Below, one piece after another: positions 58,201 to 59,504 of a stretch of DNA of 59,504 nucleotides (the stretch's first letter is position 1; every line of letters begins with the position of its first letter). Source of the DNA: a virus (Duplodnaviria > Caudoviricetes). Location: IMG/VR virus record IMGVR_UViG_3300047157_000188, positions 1-59,504 of that record. One strand, 5' to 3'. The translations under genes were made by a program, and so were the position numbers. The notes below the pieces were generated by a model that saw only the letters and a list, made by a program, of their open reading frames with translations, was not told where the DNA came from and did not search any database.

Positions 58201-59504
58201 TATTAGAAACTTAGATATTTTAAATAAAACCGGTTCGTTATCTCAAGCTATGTATGGAAATAAAGGAGGCTTGATTAAAGCTAAAGGATTTGTACGAGGT
58301 GGTCTTGCAATGATGGATTTCGATAATGATCAACAAGGTAGAATGCTTATTGCTTCAACAAATGGTAGAGCAAAAGCAATGGCTGAATCAGAATCTGAGA
58401 GGCATTTTGCTGAGACAGGAGATAGAGAAGCAGCTAATCAAATTTATAAAGATAGCTATAGTAAATATGGTGGATACGATATGAGTAAGCGTATCGATCC
58501 TGATCAGGTATACAATTCAAACAACGAGTACAGAAACTTAATGCTTCAGTCTTCAGAAGAAAGACGCATGCATCATGAAGAAATGCAGATGCATAAAGAA
58601 GGTATGGCGTTTAGTAGAGACCAACTGAGTATGGCTACTACTGCAGAACAAAAAGAGAATCATAAAAGAAGTTTGGCTGAAAGTAGAAACGAGTACATGA
58701 GACTGCATAAAGAAGGTCCTCGCACTACAGCATATGATGAGATGTTTACTGCTGAAGCTAGAAAAGCTAGAGAAAAACAAGCTAATAAAGATTATTTAGC
58801 AGGAGCGAACTTTGCACAAACACAAGCAGCAAAACAAAAAGAAGCAGAACGTATTAAGACTGAACAAGCGGCAGATGCAGCAAATGATGCTCGTTTAGCA
58901 CAAGCTAGTGCTGATTATAATCAGGCGCAAGCTGAACGTAAAGCCAGAGAGCAAAATGCTATCAAGCAAGGATTCATACAACCTGATCAAATATCTGGCG
59001 TACAAACTTTTTATACTGACAGTGGACACAGTAGACATGGAAGTTTTCATAAATATGATCCTGAAACAGGATTGATACATTTTGATACAAGAGATCCAAA
59101 AACTTTAGAAATTACTGGTTCTGCTACTGTTCCTTTTGATAGATTAGACAAAGATAGCTATAGGCGTGTTTATGAACAGTATGAAAAACAACAAGAAAGA
59201 TTAGCACTAGAACAATATCATAGAGACGAAGAAAGAAAACGACAAGAAGCTCAGATTAGAGAAGGCGTAGGACAGATGATGGAAATGCTGCCATCTGTAC
59301 CTGGTATGATGTATGATAATTTTATACAGAAGCCGATGGATGCTGGAGCACAAATTTATGAAAATATGAAACAAACTGCAGCAGCTCAACAAAAAGCAAA
59401 AGAAGAAAAAGCAGCGGCCAAACAAGCTGAAATAAATAATGCTGTAGTGCCTGGTATGTTCCGAACAACAGCACCAGCACCACCAACAGCAACTGCTCCT
59501 TTAT
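52233..59504 (+). CDS. Tape measure protein, >2400 aa, 3' truncated (indels near 56930 and 57185)
   Basis: TP901-like core (LAQAGL...INAVSAKFAVEAGDI...TTRESAETISTGLRTIFTRL...GGFRQIGKVIPLL). The frame starting about 57182 matches the frame at the window end; I saw no stop but did not check every codon. Confidence 0.9.

Noticed and set aside
6118-59425. Antisense ORFs in the track (e.g. 6118, 7782, 13511, 17297, 23298, 30957, 31180, 36413, 41383, 54359, 56192, 58553, 59207)
   Set aside because: They lie opposite well-supported genes or across regulatory or RNA elements, and lack an RBS or recognisable motifs.
1-59504. Stop-codon reassignment as the cause of broken genes
   Set aside because: Breaks are frame changes, not in-frame stops, and intact genes end in TAA, TAG and TGA.

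Overview
About 59.5 kb from a large tailed phage with siphovirus-like morphogenesis genes. The host is very probably a planctomycete, inferred from a DUF1549/DUF1553 + DUF1501 gene pair and other planctomycete-style genes. The sequence carries many single-base indels that look like unpolished long-read error, so several real genes are split in, or missing from, the ORF track. Layout: (1) 1-12.7 kb, minus strand, accessory and metabolic genes: thyX 5' end, sulfotransferase-like protein, HhH DNA glycosylase, an operon of PSCyt/DUF1549/DUF1553 + DUF1501 + 2x[4Fe-4S] ferredoxin, ASCH, a degenerate SET protein, and one plus-strand SGHYKP toxin-like gene. (2) 12.9-23.8 kb, minus-strand early-like region of small genes, tRNA-Arg(TCT) and a ~330-nt structured non-coding RNA. 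Its intergenic spaces reuse a few parts: interleaved sigma70 + sigma28-type promoters (12 copies), 29-bp 11-7-11 palindromes fixed 8 nt from a GCGGGC box (8 copies), sigma54-type boxes (4) and a ~50-nt hairpin element (6 copies). (3) 23.8-27.3 kb, GNA1-like acetyltransferase, glmS and fcl. (4) 27.3 kb to the end, plus strand: phage sigma factor, gmd, HNH, ERCC4 nuclease, terminase, portal, protease/scaffold, capsid, tail fibres, tail tube and a >2400-aa tape measure protein that runs off the window. The best candidates for new biology are the phage-borne DUF1549/1553-DUF1501-ferredoxin operon and the multi-sigma regulatory cassettes with the associated ncRNA. All family assignments come from motif recognition by eye; no database searches were run.
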